Positions 13,267 through 27,282 of a DNA stretch of 64,000 nucleotides are shown here, piece after piece. The position numbers were made by a program, and so were the translations under genes. How positions within the stretch are numbered: position 1 is the first letter of the stretch; each line of letters opens with the position of its first letter. The notes beneath the pieces are model-generated. The model was not told where the DNA came from. It ran no database searches and saw only the letters and a program-made list of their open reading frames with translations. Source of the DNA: Lingula anatina (Eukaryota; Animalia; Brachiopoda); the NCBI GenBank assembly GCA_051362555.1, contig CM120648.1, forward strand, positions 17,976,587 to 18,040,586, written 5' to 3'.

Positions 13267-15307
13267 AAAGACTTAGACAGGATACCACACATCTGATAAC
13301 ACCTAATAGGCGGTTACTGTTACTAGTGTAACAATAGCTACAGGAGTAGTGACCTAATAATAGGTGCCAGGCTAACAAAAGAAATTCACAGTTGTTGAAT
13401 ATGTGGTTATGGCTGGTGGAGTAGGGCATTCTCTAGCTAACATCAGTTGACTGTTAAACCTTACAAGTGATTGAGCATGGTTTATAATGTATCTTTATAT
13501 TATTTTAATTTGTCCCCATTTTCCATCCTTTATGAGGGACATTACTATACCCATAATGTTCACTTATACTTTTACATTATATTTTATATATTAGGCAGGA
13601 TTGCATTTTCACTTTTTAAAACAGCCAAGGTCAAGTAAAATCCGATTAGATAAGGTTGACGTTCAATATAATAGAAAAAATATGAAGTAAGTGAATATGA
13701 TCACACAAAAAGTAAAAATACATTATATACGGATATTAAGACCAGTTTCATTATTTTTCATTCAACCCAGCTTTATAAAAAATCACTATATGAATTAGCA
13801 TAGGTTCCTATAGAAATTCCTATAAGATTTCGTATAGGATCCTATAGGAATTTTTGTAATGGTCTGAAAATATATTTAAAATTATATACTGATATTTAGA
13901 CCAGTTTCATTATTTATCATATAACCTGGCCTTATAAAAATTTCCTATATGAATTAGCATAGGATTTCCTATACGTTCCTATAGAAATTCCTATTAGATT
14001 TCCTATAGGATCCTATAGGAATTTTTGTAATGGTATGAACATAAATAAAAAATAAAAATTATATACTAGTACTAATATTTAGACTAGATTCATTATTTTA
14101 ATTTAAGCCGCCCTTATAAAAATTCCCTGTATGAATTAGCATAGGATTTCCTATAGGTTCCTATAGAAATTCCTATAAGATTTCCTATAGGATCCTATAG
14201 GAATTTTTGTAATGTTCTGAACATATATTAAAAATCAAAATCATATACTGATATTTAAACCAGATTCATTATTTTTCATTCAACCCACCCTTATAAAAAT
14301 TCCTGTATGAATTAGCATAGGATTTCCTATAGGTTCCTATAGAAATTAGTATAAGATTTCCTATAGGATTCTATAGGAATTTTTGTAATATTCTGGACAT
14401 AAATTAAAAATCAAAATCATATACTGTTAAACCAGATTCATTATTTTTCATTCAACCCACCCTTATAAAAATTCCTTATATGAATTAGCATAGGGTTTCC
14501 TATAGGTTCCTATAGAAATTCCTATAAGATTTCCTATAGGATCCTATAGGAATTTTTGTAATGGTCTGAACATAAATTAAAAATTAAAATTATATACTGA
14601 TATTTAGACCAGATTCATTTTTTTTTTCATTCAACCCGGCCTTATAAAAATTTCCTATATGAATAAGCATAGGATTTCCTATAGGTTCCTATAAGATTTC
14701 CTATAGGATCCTATAAGATTTCCTATAGGATCCTATAGGATTTCCTATAGGATCCTATAAGATTTTCTTTAGGATCCTATAAGATTTCCTATAGGATTTC
14801 ATATAGGATCCTTTAAGATTTCCTATAGGATCCTATAGGAATTATTGTAATGGTCTGAACATAAATTTTAAAAAATAATTTCAGCTTCAATGATTTGGTA
14901 CAAAAACATTCCTAATGATAAAATATTTCTCCATAAAAGATTACTTTACAAATGATCAAATTTTCAAGATTTCTTTAAAATAGAAATTAAAGAATTTCTG
15001 TAGAATCCTATAGATGACTATAAGATTGTGCATTATAAACAATAAAAAGCATTTTTGCTTTAACAGTGATATATAATTGACAATTCCACTGATAAAATTG
15101 ACCTATATCAAATATCTTTTGTTTAGAATGATATTTGTTTATAAGATATGTATTTTTCTCAAGATTTTAACTTACAACAATTTCCTATAGGATCCTATAG
15201 GAAATCCTATAGGAAAGGTGCCCTATAGGATCCTATAAGATTTCCTATAGGATCCTATAGGATCCTATAGGAATCCTATAGGATCCTATAGGAAATTTTC
15301 GTAAGGG
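13267..15307 (-). mobile_element. Left part of copy B in inverted orientation, with about 5 tandem ~180-bp subterminal units
   Basis: Reverse complement of 2897-~3908 without the MITE; TIR ends at 15307; ~180-bp unit repeated 13730-14700. Confidence 0.9.
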
Positions 15308-17909
15308 TCGCCTTTTTTACATAAGATGTCTCAACAAGAAGGCAGATGTAGTCCAATTTGTCTTTTGTTGGTGATTCTGCTTCAGGTGGCTGAGATTAGT
15401 TGATCGGTGATGCACCGTTGGTAAGAGTAGCAATCATCACTCCTGCGTTCTAACGCATTACTTTCCAACCCCCCATAATTAACGCAGCCAGGAATAGGCG
15501 CTGAAATAGGGGGTATTAAATCAGGAATTAATTTTTGTAATTATGTATCCGTAAAATAAGAATCGTAACATTATCACGTATTTTTCCTGATGGAAAATAT
15601 CATAATTTATGCACACTGATCGAATTATAAAGAAAATCTCCAGATGTAAACAAAGGTCAGTCAAGTATCACTCATCCCAGGCTGCAGGGCAGATATAGAG
15701 AATTGAATGAAGCGCCAGTGATCTGGCAACCCTACAAATTTGTCATAATGATTCATGGGCAAACAATAGAAGCATGATATTAACACCTTTTACAGTGTGA
15801 ATGACGACACCTTATGAGGCTTTTGTTTCTTCCCCTGGGTTGGTATTACAAAGTAAGTATGTTGACGTAAGTGTGTTGACTTTTGCATGTTCAAAGGAAC
15901 AATGGAAATGTCATTTCAAAACAAAGAGCCACATTTCCCTACTTAGGTGGCCAAAATATTGTCAATGAAACGCAAAAAAAGACAAAATCACCAGCTGTTA
16001 CTGACTGAATCTAACTCAAATGCAAAAAGGTACGCACAGCGACAAAGCGCTATTGTAAACAATGACCCGACGATGAGATCAATAAGATGTATAAAATGAC
16101 TATTTGTACTATAAAACTGTACCCCTGCCCCTACTTGTATATTATTAAACACACAAGGCCACCCTATACCAGAGTTACAGATTGATTTTTCATTACACAG
16201 TCTCTTGCACTGAAGAAAAATACTCATAATTAATTTGCGGCCCTAGTAGAGGGTCTTCTCTCGCTTTCTCTCAAATCAAAATAAACTAGCAAACATGAAA
16301 ATTGGCAAAATGTATTAGAATGTAAAGTGTTGCGAACCCTTTAAACAAGGTGAATGGTAATATGCACGTTTAGACAAATTTTAATTTCAATTAAATTAAA
16401 TTTTAATTAAAATTGATATTACCAAAATTAGTAAATGTCGTTTGCGTCATGTATCAATATTTTTGCGCATAATAGTACCTACGTTATAAACATTCAGCAA
16501 AGATATTTGGAAGGCCGCTCTTTTGTTGTTTATATCAAAGGAAAACTATTTGATACCCATCGTATCAATCATTATACCATGATAAGAGATTAGCATACTA
16601 ATTTATGTCCCCAGTAATAATAACTTTAACAATAACAACAAACCTTCCTACTGTGCTTTCCGTTGCAAAAACAATTAGCCACGACTGTTTTATATATTAA
16701 TAGATATTTATAATAATGACAATTTCAAAATCTTCAAAATTACCGACAGGGACACGAATTCCTGTCGGGTAGGTTGCAGACGACCCAACGACTTTAACCG
16801 TTGTTCCACCAATTCTATTGTTCACGCTTACAGATATCGACAGCTCTGTATTGCCGCGCATGCCGAAGCTTTGCGGAAATTGCCGAAGGCTAGGAAAATT
16901 CTTCAAAATATACTTTTATTACATTTAATCAAATCCAGACTATCTCCCACTGCCCTGAGGTATGGCTAAAGGCTTTCAGTTGTCATCAGACTTTGTAATT
17001 TGGGAGAAAAAAGTGAAACAGTAACTTCTGGTGATGAATAATAGGTAATAGTGCTGCAAGGTGTTGTTTTTTATCCCTGATGTACGAGTAGCTTTTTCTA
17101 CAGTTTCTATAATTCTCTTAACGTATGAAAATATGCAGGTTTTTTGATATAATAAGACTTTGATAAAATCAAAACCAATAATACTTTTAAAGTCGAGAGT
17201 CGGGATAAATATCGGCAAGGTGGAGATATGTCCCGCCGGCGCTTCCGCAACAGCAAGACTGAAGGACGCAAGTTACAAAGCAAAACATGCTTAGTCAAGT
17301 TAAAGACTTAATTACCGGTTTAACTTCGGCGGCAGTGCCTACTGCTGTGAGCAACATGCGCTGTCCATCGTAATCCCCCTATCATTAACACTGTCGGGGA
17401 CGTGCGCATTAGCGCGTCTGATGTAGACAGCGTGTGCTATTAAAGTGACCGGGGACTTATTAGCTATAGTGTAGATATTGTGGTTATGGCAATTTGATAT
17501 ATATTTTTTAAAAAATCATATGCCATAACAAAGTTCTATGTGGCTTTATCTTGGGCAGACGTAAATATTATTTTGGAGACTAGGATAGAAATAGCACGAA
17601 ATCCATGCGCTATCTCTCTTCTTTTCGGATACTGATATCCAATGGTTGTGTTAGCAGGTTGCAGCCAACACGTAGGCAATTAAAATGGAATGCTAACGCA
17701 TGGATTTCATACTTTAGGAGAGAAAGAGAGAGTGGTACACAAAAATATGATCGACTGGCGTATTTTCAGCCTCACCAAACTAAGTTGGTCTGCCTTAAGT
17801 CTTTAATCGTTTACTCACATACTGATCACAAGTGTCAGTCCCGTGTCCACATGGTAGAGTACAGTAGACTATATGAACATGTACATCAGACTTAGATATG
17901 GATGCTCAC

Positions 17910-18000
17910 CAGGATTGAAATCATCCACGTAGAGGATGGCGATGTAGACGGCAGTCACAGTGAGGAGGACAGCAAACAGTGTTTTTGTCTTGGAACCCAT
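17910..18000 (-). CDS. HSD11B1L: HSD11B1L-like SDR, coding exon 1 (MGSKTKTLFAVLLTVTAVYIAILYVDDFNP), N-terminal membrane anchor
   Basis: ATG at 18000, hydrophobic stretch ending DDFNP as in the HSD11B1/HSD11B1L family, G|gtgagc donor of phase 1 joining exon 2 in frame across a 16.8-kb intron. Confidence 0.88.
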
Positions 18001-18083
18001 GTTGAATTTTTTTTTATTTCTGCGACGCGCCGACCTCTGCAAACCCCACTGACCTTTTAATGCCCCCACTGCACACACTGCTG

Positions 18084-18976
18084 TACGGAGCTTTGTTAGT
18101 ATCATATTAACTTTTTTTATTTTCATTTGTTTTATTTTATGGAATTTTCACCGCGGTGAAAATTATTTCTACCGCGGTGAAAATAATTTTCACCGCAGTG
18201 AAAAATAATTTACACTGCGGTGGGAATTAATTTTCACCGAGGTGAAAAATAATTTTCACCGCGGTGGTAATTCCTGGCCATCTCGGCCCGGGTGATGCAT
18301 ACATGTAGGTTATACGAATCCAAAATTTACCAGATGTCTGGGAAGGAAGTTGATAAAGACAAGCACATGCACATGCACGCGGTTTAACCGGTCTATGTGC
18401 CAATCATCCCAGGAATGTGGAGGAAGCGGGCAGTATTCGAATAGATTAAAAACCACCGAAATGCTGCAATGTTGTACGTCGCTTTTCCCTTTATAATAAC
18501 TTGCGTATTATTGGGGATATTGGTAGAAAGAAACCTCTCCGAAGAAACCGAGATTACATCTATTAAGATAAGATCTATGGGCAAACACATCACACAAATA
18601 TTTAAAAATACATTGTCCAAAAATAACGTTAAGTATTTAGTAATAACAATGGGATTCCTTTTGCATAAAACTGCAAGCGGGACTTTAATTATATAGGTGG
18701 TAAATATAGATGGGAAACCTAAGTTAACGGCAGTGGCCCCACGAACAGATCCATCAACCTTGTGTGTATGTAACAATAGCATGCACCGTGACGGCATCTG
18801 GCAAATGTAAGGTTCTCATTACCTATTCATCACCCGGGCCGAGATGGCCAGGAATTACCACCGCGGTGAACATTATTTTCAACCGCGGTGAAAATTATTT
18901 TCACCGCGGTGAAAATTCCATAAAATAAAACTTAAATGAAAATAAAAAGTTAATATGATACTAACAAAGCTCCGTA
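18084..18976. mobile_element. Foldback/MITE with 150-215-bp TIRs containing TTCACCGCGGTGAA palindromes; 6-bp TSD ctgctg
   Basis: ctgctg|tacggagctttgttagtatcatattaac...gttaatatgatactaacaaagctccgta|ctgctg. Confidence 0.88.
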
Positions 18977-19055
18977 CTGCTGGCAGCATTAAGTGTTATA
19001 CCAGTACATAAGGTCTGCATTAGCATCCCTGCTTTGGCCAGGTCAGTACATATAA

Positions 19056-19232
19056 GACTAGGTTCCCATACCTAAATCGATCTAACAGGATCGATCCATC
19101 TCCACGGGTTTTCGCTAAATTGCTTACAGCTTTAATTGCTTAGATGTCTGGGACCCCTCCAAAGCTGCAAAACGATAGTTAATTACCCCCTATCAGCTTC
19201 AGTAGGCGTGACAGACATTTAAGCCGCTTAAG
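19056..19232. repeat. Dispersed repeat (MITE-like), inverted homolog at ~34410-34602
   Basis: ggttcccatacctaaatcgatctaacaggatcgatccatctcca matches the reverse complement of tggagatggaccgatcctgttagatcaatctaggaatgggaacc. Confidence 0.7.
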
Positions 19233-19605
19233 TTAATTGCAATTGAGTGAGAATCCCCATGGAGATAGTTCAATCCAAAGTTGGTACAATAGGGTCTGGG
19301 AATGGTCTCTTAAACCAGTACACAAACTCGATGGTTGTGTTGTAGCAAGTCATTACTTGTATGCTATCATTCTGTCGAGTAAAATAAAATCAAGATGTTA
19401 TGGGTTATCTGTCTTTTCCTGATATGCGAGGTAGGTGATCAAAATCTTAAAGGTACATACGAACCGAGCATCGGTGGAGTGTGGATTCCGAGTAACACAT
19501 GTAAACCACTTCTAATAGATTCTTATATGACTCAAATAAATTCGACATGCCAAGGGATAAACTGAATAGTTTACATCAAGGTCTAAGTCAGACAGGGGAA
19601 ATGCA

Positions 19606-20532
19606 ATGAAATCTGATATTTGTATCGGTGGTGTCAACATCAATCCATCTAGCTATGTGAAAGATTTAGGTGTCATCTTTGATCAGTATGCAACTATGGA
19701 TAGACGGATCTCTGAAATTTGCAAATCGGCATCATACTCACTTTGGCGAATTAGTAAGATACGTGACTTACTGGACAAAACTTCAACTGAAAAACTAGTC
19801 CATGCTTTCATTACTTCTAAGCTTGATTATTGCAACAGTCTCTTATATGGTTTAGGCAAAAATCACCTGAACAAACTTCAATTAATTCAAAATTCTGCAG
19901 CTAGGCTGGTAACTAAAATGGGATGGAATAGCCGAGAGCATATAACACCTGTTTTGATGGAACTTCACTGGCTTCCAGTAAGAGAGAGAATTTTATTTAA
20001 AATTTTATGTGTCATTTTTAAAGCAGTCACTGAGAATAAACCACTTTATATCTCAGAACTTATGAAGCAACATCAGCATGGAAGAGTTACCAGGTCTTCA
20101 ACTTTTAGTCATTTACTTTTAGAACACAGTGTCTTAGAGAAAAAAGCTGGTAAATTTTACGGTGAAAGGGCATTTATGATATATGCACCCAAAGTTTGGA
20201 ACACCTTACCCTCTGAAATACGGGCAGCAGGTGACATAGATACTTTTAAAAAGCTTTTGAAAACTCATATTTTTAGAATAGCCTATCAGTAGCTATCATA
20301 TAGTTAATTTTAGCTTTTAATAAGGTGTACTGTAATTTTATGATTAATTTTAAATGTTGTCACTTTAGGTTCTTATCATTTTAGAATATGAATAATTGGT
20401 TCTTTAAATTAGTTCTTAGTCCTTTAAAATTGTAATATGTGTTCTTATATTAGTATTATGTTATTTAGCTCTTTTAAGTGAATGTTGTAAGGCGCATTGA
20501 GATTTTTAATGGAATGCGCCATAGAAAAATAA

Positions 20533-20563
<31 letters not shown>
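19606..20563 (+). mobile_element. 5'-truncated L2/CR1-group LINE: ORF2 C-terminus (19606-20292), 3' UTR, (TAT)n tail
   Basis: Motifs VKDLGVIFD, LVHAFITSKLDYCNSLLYG, LQLIQNSAAR, HITPVLMELHWLPV, FKKLLKTH; 3' stem-loop ggcgcatt...aatgcgcc followed by (tat)n. Confidence 0.92.
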
Positions 20564-20565
<2 letters not shown>

Positions 20566-21053
20566 AGATCACTCGATCAGCCATAAAAGACCTTTAGACT
20601 GCTCCTTTCTTTAAATTTATGGTTGTAAATTTAACCTACTTCCGTGACCTACTTTCCTGCCCCATTGACATACAGCTTAGAATGCCAGCAGAAAAATCTG
20701 TTCAAACATCGTTTTCGGGTAAAATTAAACAATGCCTTTTGGTAATTCTCTTAGTTATACTACTTGAAACTATATGCTGGCATTTGATTGGTTTTTGTGA
20801 CAAAAAATTGACTTTGTATGCATCTTTAAGGGAAAACAGAAGCTTTATTAGTTTTTCAACATTATTCAAGGTTGCCTACTAAATGTGACGATGGTATTGA
20901 CTTCTGTCTTTTGCTGACATCCGAGGTAGCAAATACGACTTAAGTTATAGTCGTTCTTATTATTTATTAACTGCTTTCTTGTTGTTACTCGCGCCGCTTT
21001 CAACATTTCTATTTCTACCTCTAAGGCTCTTGCAAACTTTAGGGGCCTTTACC

Positions 21054-21368
21054 TTACATTATAAATACCATAAGATCATGTCAATCAACTCAAGTTACAC
21101 TACAAAACACTCCCCGCTCCTGTCAATTACTAACATTACATTATAAATACCATAAGAGCATGTCAATCAACTCAAGTTACTCTACAAAACACTCCCCGCT
21201 CCTGTCAATTACTAACATTACATTATAAATACCATAAGAGCATGTCAATCAACTCAAGTTACTCTACAAAACACTCCCCGCTCCTGTCAATTACTAACAT
21301 TACATTATAAATACCATAAGAGCATGTCAATCAACTCAAGTTACTCTACAAAACACTCCCCGCTCCTG
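21054..21368. repeat. 82-bp tandem repeat, ~3.8 near-identical copies
   Basis: ttacattataaataccataag recurs at 21054, 21136, 21218 and 21300. Confidence 0.92.
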
Positions 21369-22762
21369 GGCCATTACCTAAAAACGCCCCCCTCCCCTGC
21401 AAATAACCTGTATCTCTCCCTGCGTCCCCCCCCCCCCCCTTTCAAAGAATCCTGGATCCGCGGGGAAGGGGGGCATGAATCCCTGTTAACTCCTGCCTTC
21501 GCTTTCTATAATGATCTCTTCACCCATCTGGAATCAGTTAGGCCTACATCTAGGAGAAAACGGCACAGGCCAAGAAATCTTTTACGTTTATAATTTTGAT
21601 TCTGTCTTTTTTTCATTCTTACAAAGATTTTAAAAAATACCATCTCCTAGACATATCTGTTAAATATATCCCGACTTTTCTTTTCTTTTTTAAATTGTAT
21701 AATCTTATATAGAAATGAAAAAATGAGTTAAGGAATCAAAGCCGAAAACCTATTAAATGATTAATATTTATGATACTTTTCTTCTTTTGCTCTTACAAAA
21801 ATTTGTAAAAATTGTGTCTCCTCGACATACATGTATCTGTTAAATATCCCACTACAATATCCCCATATAAGATAAGAGAGAGAGAGAGGCGGGGCGGAAT
21901 TTTGCTGGAATTTTTGGTGAACTTGACCTGGCTGTGGTGTGAAAAAAATGGACATCGGACTTAGGTCGGACTTGAAGAACAAAACAAACCAGCACAAAAC
22001 AAGCACGAACGTAATCTCCTCTCAACTCATCTAACACACTCACGTGGTCAAATGCAGTCAGCCTCCAAGGGTCATGTAGATACTCCCCGCACCGATAATC
22101 CCTCTTAGTAATTTTTTGTATTATGCGCATCGATGCGACCCCACACCGATAGATCCCCGATAGACCACATTTTCTCATCGTAATTGTTATTTTCCAAATA
22201 CGCGTATGCGTATTGTAATAACGTTACCTCATTTCGGCGGAAGTGTTTTTTTACCTTTGTTCACTCATTTGGGAGTGCGCAATTTCCAAGCATTTCATTG
22301 GCCTATAAAATTTACGTGACGTAGGCCTACTGCAGGCGACGGCTGCACGTGACGTCTGCGTCGACCACTCTACTCCGCCTGACTGCTGCCACTGGGCTTT
22401 GATTTCACTATATTTCATGTAAAATAGGTAAGCCTACTAATATTTAAATACACTGATTGACAGATCTTTTCAATGTAGGCCTACATGTAGGAAAAATGTT
22501 GATTTATAAAACAGCTTTTAAAAAAATAAATTCTGGAAATTAGAACATTGTTATTGAGTGGAAGAAACAAAACGCGAAGGCTCCGCCTAGGCCTACTATA
22601 GCCCTATAAGATAGGCCTATAGGTATGAAAAAAAATTGATTATAAGATTCGTTTTTTGTATTTGAAAGTCTGGTACTTTTTGCCTCTTGAAAAGATCGAG
22701 TCAATCAAAAGGTATACATTTTCAAAGTGTATACATTTTTTTTAAAATAAAAATGTAGTTAA

Positions 22763-24921
22763 CCCTCAATCACCTTTCAGGGGCCTCGCAGGCCCGGACC
22801 CATGTATCTTTTGCTCTCTCTTCGTTTCCATGAGGTTTTGAGCCTGTTCCTTTCATGTAATCCTCAAGCAACTTATACCCCATCAATGGATAAATAATTA
22901 GTTTTGAAATAATTTACAACATATGTAGAAATTAACTTTTCCAAAAGTTAGTCCCATTTCCTGGAAACCGGGCCTCTGAGGCCCGGTCGCTTGATAATTT
23001 TACTTCCACATGGGATAAATAAGTCCATGTTACCTCAAATAGCTTTGCTATAAAATGTTTTACACAAGCAATATCATGTGTGCTATGACTATCAGTATGG
23101 TCAATGAAATCTGCCTGTGAAAGATTCAAGACCTGGAGAAATTATTATTTATGAGTATTCGGTCACCTTGGTCACCTGATATGCAGATATCAGTTTCAAT
23201 CTATCATTATTACATACCTGATAGACTGCGCTACCTTTGCGAAACTTTCCATTTTGAGAAAAAAAAACATTTTTCCGCATTTTCCATACACAGTGTATAC
23301 TCATGCACCCAGGTGGAGGTAAAGCGAGCAAGTGACTGGTGTAACATGAAAATCTGACTCCCCCAGTCAGATTTTCATAATGAAAATCTGACTCCCCATG
23401 AAAATTTGACTCCCTCTCCACAAATGTTCATAAATCTTATTTTATTTGAGTATATGACTGTGATATTGTAGTATGTAAAATGGAGGATACTTTGGCACTT
23501 TTTTTTTAAGTTTGCAGGTGAATACTTTCATGAAAAAAATATGAAAATTAAAAATGTGCACTTAACCGCCCATTGTCTCCCCTTTGAAAAAGCTATTTAT
23601 TTCATATTGGATGATCATTTCTACATCTTTCCTTTTAATTTACTTTATAAAGATTATATTGGAAATATTTGAAAGTTTGATGGTAAACTATTGGGTGAAA
23701 AAAACTAAAAAAAAACATGAAAAATAGAAAATTAAAAATGTGCATTTTATCAACCGATAACTCCCCTATGAAAAAGCTATTTATTTGATATTTGATGATC
23801 ATTCTGACATCTTTTCTATTAGGATACTTTATGAAAAATATATTGGAAATATTTAAAAGTTTGATGATAAAATAGTGAGTGAAAAATAAATCATGAAAAT
23901 CTTCATTTTTATACCCATGAGATTTGGATTCCCATAAAGAAAAGGACCTATTTTATATTCAGTCACCATACCATTGTTTTCTACATAGTTTGCACAGAGA
24001 TGTACATTTTGTTATTATTTGAAAGTTTGGTGGTGAAAATTTTGGTGAATATTTTTAAAACAATATTCATCTTACTACCTGTAGGTTTTGCACTTCCATG
24101 TCAAAATGCTACATTTTTAACTCAAGAAATTGGCCCCATCGCCTTTTTACTGAATTCTTCTTATGAAGCATACCCAGTATTTTACCATTCAAACTTTCAA
24201 ATATTTCCAATATATTCTTCTTTAAGTATCCTTAAAGAAAAGATGTCAGAATGATCATCAAATATCAAATAGATAGCCTTTTCATAGGGGAGTCATTGGG
24301 TGTTAGAATACAAATCTTTAATTTTTCTTATTTTTCATGTGTTTTTTTTATTATTTTTTTCACTCAATTTTTTAGCCATCAAACTTTCAAGTACTTTCAA
24401 TATATTCCTCATAAAGTATCCTCAAAGAAAAGATGTCAGAATGATCATCAAATATCAAATAAATAGCTTTTTCATAGGGGGGTCATTGGGTGTTAGAATA
24501 TAAATCTTTAATTTTTCTTATTTTTTAATGTGTTTTTTATTATTATTATTTTTTTTCACCCAATTTTTTAACCATTAAACTTTCAAGTGCTTTCAATATA
24601 TTCCTCATAAAGTATCCTCAAAGAAAAGATGTTGAAATGGTCATCAAATGTCAAATAAATAGCTTTTTCATAGGGGAGTCCTTGGGTGGTAAAATACAAA
24701 TCTTTAATTTTTTTTATTTTTTCATGAAAATTTTCACCTGCAAACCAACAAAAAGTGCCAATGTGTCCTCCATTATGCATACTACAAGATCATAGTCATT
24801 TACTCAAATTAAATTAGATTTTTGAATGTTTTTTGGGGGGAGTCAGATTTTCATGGTACACCGGGCCTCTGAGGCCCGGTTTCAGGGTTTACGTAGGGTT
24901 CCATTTCCTTGTGGATGAGGG
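22763..24921. mobile_element. Non-autonomous piggyBac-like foldback element
   Basis: TTAA|ccctcaatcac...gtggatgaggg|TTAA; subterminal ccgggcctctgaggcccgg at both ends; internal ~190-bp units in inverted arrangement (23540-23890 vs 24170-24730). Confidence 0.8.
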
Positions 24922-25522
24922 TTAATCAATGTGTTATGAAGGGTTTTCTGTGGCTTTTATTTACGTAAATTTCATTTTAATAACAAATTAAATGGAAAAG
25001 ACCCATAACAGATTTATGAATTATATTGATAACAATTGGAAAAAGTAAAGTTTGTACCTTAAAATAAACCTTAGAATATTACCAGTGAACATTGGCCCTT
25101 TTTCTTATGTGGTCTACCCTGAGTGTCACAGCAACGTAAAAGCTAGCTGGCTAAATATACCTTGTGGTGGAGTCGCTTTTACTAGTACCTGGTATTACTA
25201 CTATGGGTTAGGCCTATATATGAAATCAAGATCGAGCTGGCAATACCGGAATCTAGAACCTAGGTTAATGTGGTCCCGCCTAGCGGAATATTATTAAAAT
25301 ATCGGCAAAACGTCTGACATATGTACATGCTTGAAAACTGCGCTGCACTCCAACGAGACAGATGCGGCTAATTGTTCATTCAGTTTGGTAGTTGTGCCGC
25401 CACCTTTATTTCTTATTTCAATTTATTAAACCCTTGACCCCAACGGCTCATCAGAATGTGACAGTGACAATATAAAGTCATATCAACGAACTACCACAAC
25501 AACAAAAACTACTACTGATACA

Positions 25523-25563
<41 letters not shown>

Positions 25564-26257
25564 TAATTCATTATACTGACGCTAATCTTAGCTCCGATGC
25601 ACATTGTAGGTATTTCCCGAAGTTGTTTAATTGTGAGACATTGTTAAGTGATAATAATTTAATTAGTTTGAAGACTGCGAGCTTTTTGTCCTTTTAATAT
25701 ATATATGAAGCCAGGGATCTTCTCTTGAAATAGTATTTATTTCAAAAGATTTACACATCACGGTCTCCTCTGCATTCACAGCAGCGAGGCGGTCCGGCTC
25801 GCTAAAATTCTCAAGAGACTCGCTTAAATTTGTAAAAATAAATAAATAAATAACTCTCGCTGAGATAAATTACTACTAACAGTATTTTTTTTATTCAGGT
25901 TAACTAAAAATTATAAAGATGGTGAAGTAGCCATTCCTACGGATCATGTAGAAAGGTGATGAATAAGAAAATATATGGAAAAATTGGTCGTTTATAACTG
26001 ACCAATATCTGAAGAAATAATACAGTTTACGTTCAAGTTGTTTTGTGTTCTGACCACCAATATCTGGCATATGCATATTTGTCATATTAAGATTTTTCAT
26101 GTTTTTTAAAAGGCAATTCGGTGTTAATTAAATTAAGACTAGCCATAAGGAAGTGCACATGGTGCATTTTGTGCGTTTTGGTAGTCATTTTAAGGTATTT
26201 CCATTAATTCCAATCAGATTTCTTTACCGATAAATTATTCGTATTATGGTTTTCAGA

Positions 26258-27282
26258 GATCGTTTCATCTTCACCACCCACCTGCAGATAAAAGCTATGC
26301 TGAAGAATAACATTATTGTTCTTACAAGGTTAGAGCAAAGATTGAAACAGAACAGAAGTCCTGATGACAATATTGTCTCAACTGACGAGTTTGCATTTCC
26401 TATGGAGACTAGAGAAGATGTGGCAAGGGTTGAAAACATACTTAAAGATAAGCATAATGAAATTACTGGTAAGTAAAAAAAATAATAGTGTGATTTAATG
26501 TAGTGATTGTTGTGCTGAAGCTACATATGGAAAAAATAATATAATAAGTTGATTTTTAAAATAGTGGTTATTTGATAAATGATTAATATGACATTTTAAT
26601 CTGAACACGTATCATTTGTTGTATGAATAGGGCCTATATATAAATGTGCTTTACTTATTAAGAATATTTTATATTTATTTCAAAGGTCAAACCACCTTGC
26701 CACACTGGGAGGGTTTTCCTCTTAGGAAATGGTACAGTGTAGATAGGATCATGTCTACTATTTTTAAAACTAACATATTGCATGCCAGTGTAACTGGATT
26801 GGGAAGTGCGGAAAGGTTGCACTAAAAAAACCTGACCTTTACAAAAGCAATGGAATGTTTGCATTTCGTAATGATCAAATAATGTTTGCTCAGATATATT
26901 TTTACATATTAATTGTATTATTATGATCCTGAAGTACAGTAAAGTTACAGTTCAAAATATAAAGGTTGTTTCTTCTGAACAACTTTGTCTTTTTAAGGTT
27001 TTTACATATATTCTCTTAAGGATAAACGCATATCAACCTATTTCTGTCCTTTGGTGAGACCATTCCGTTTTGTAACTCCTTTTTGAACCATTTTTGTTTA
27101 CTGTCCAATGTAGCACTGTTAAGATAGGAGGATTAAGTTAAGTTTTTTTATATTTTCACAGATGCAGGTAGATCGAGAGCTACGGAGGCTGAATAAGACA
27201 TGCATCAAATTGTGGCTCAAAAATGCGCATGATAGGGATGGCGGCAGAAAATTGAGGAAAATCAAAACTAGGAAAAAATGAG
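26258..27282 (+). pseudogene. Decayed three-exon DUF4806-like gene remnant (probably a transposon accessory gene)
   Basis: Fragments FAFPMETREDVARVENILKD, LATLGG...CNWIGKCGKVALKK and IKLWLKNAHDRDGGRK, bounded by AG/GT, with internal stops and frameshifts. Confidence 0.6.

Noticed and set aside
19606-20292. Standalone 228-aa gene
   Set aside because: It is the C-terminal part of LINE ORF2, followed by a typical 3' tail.
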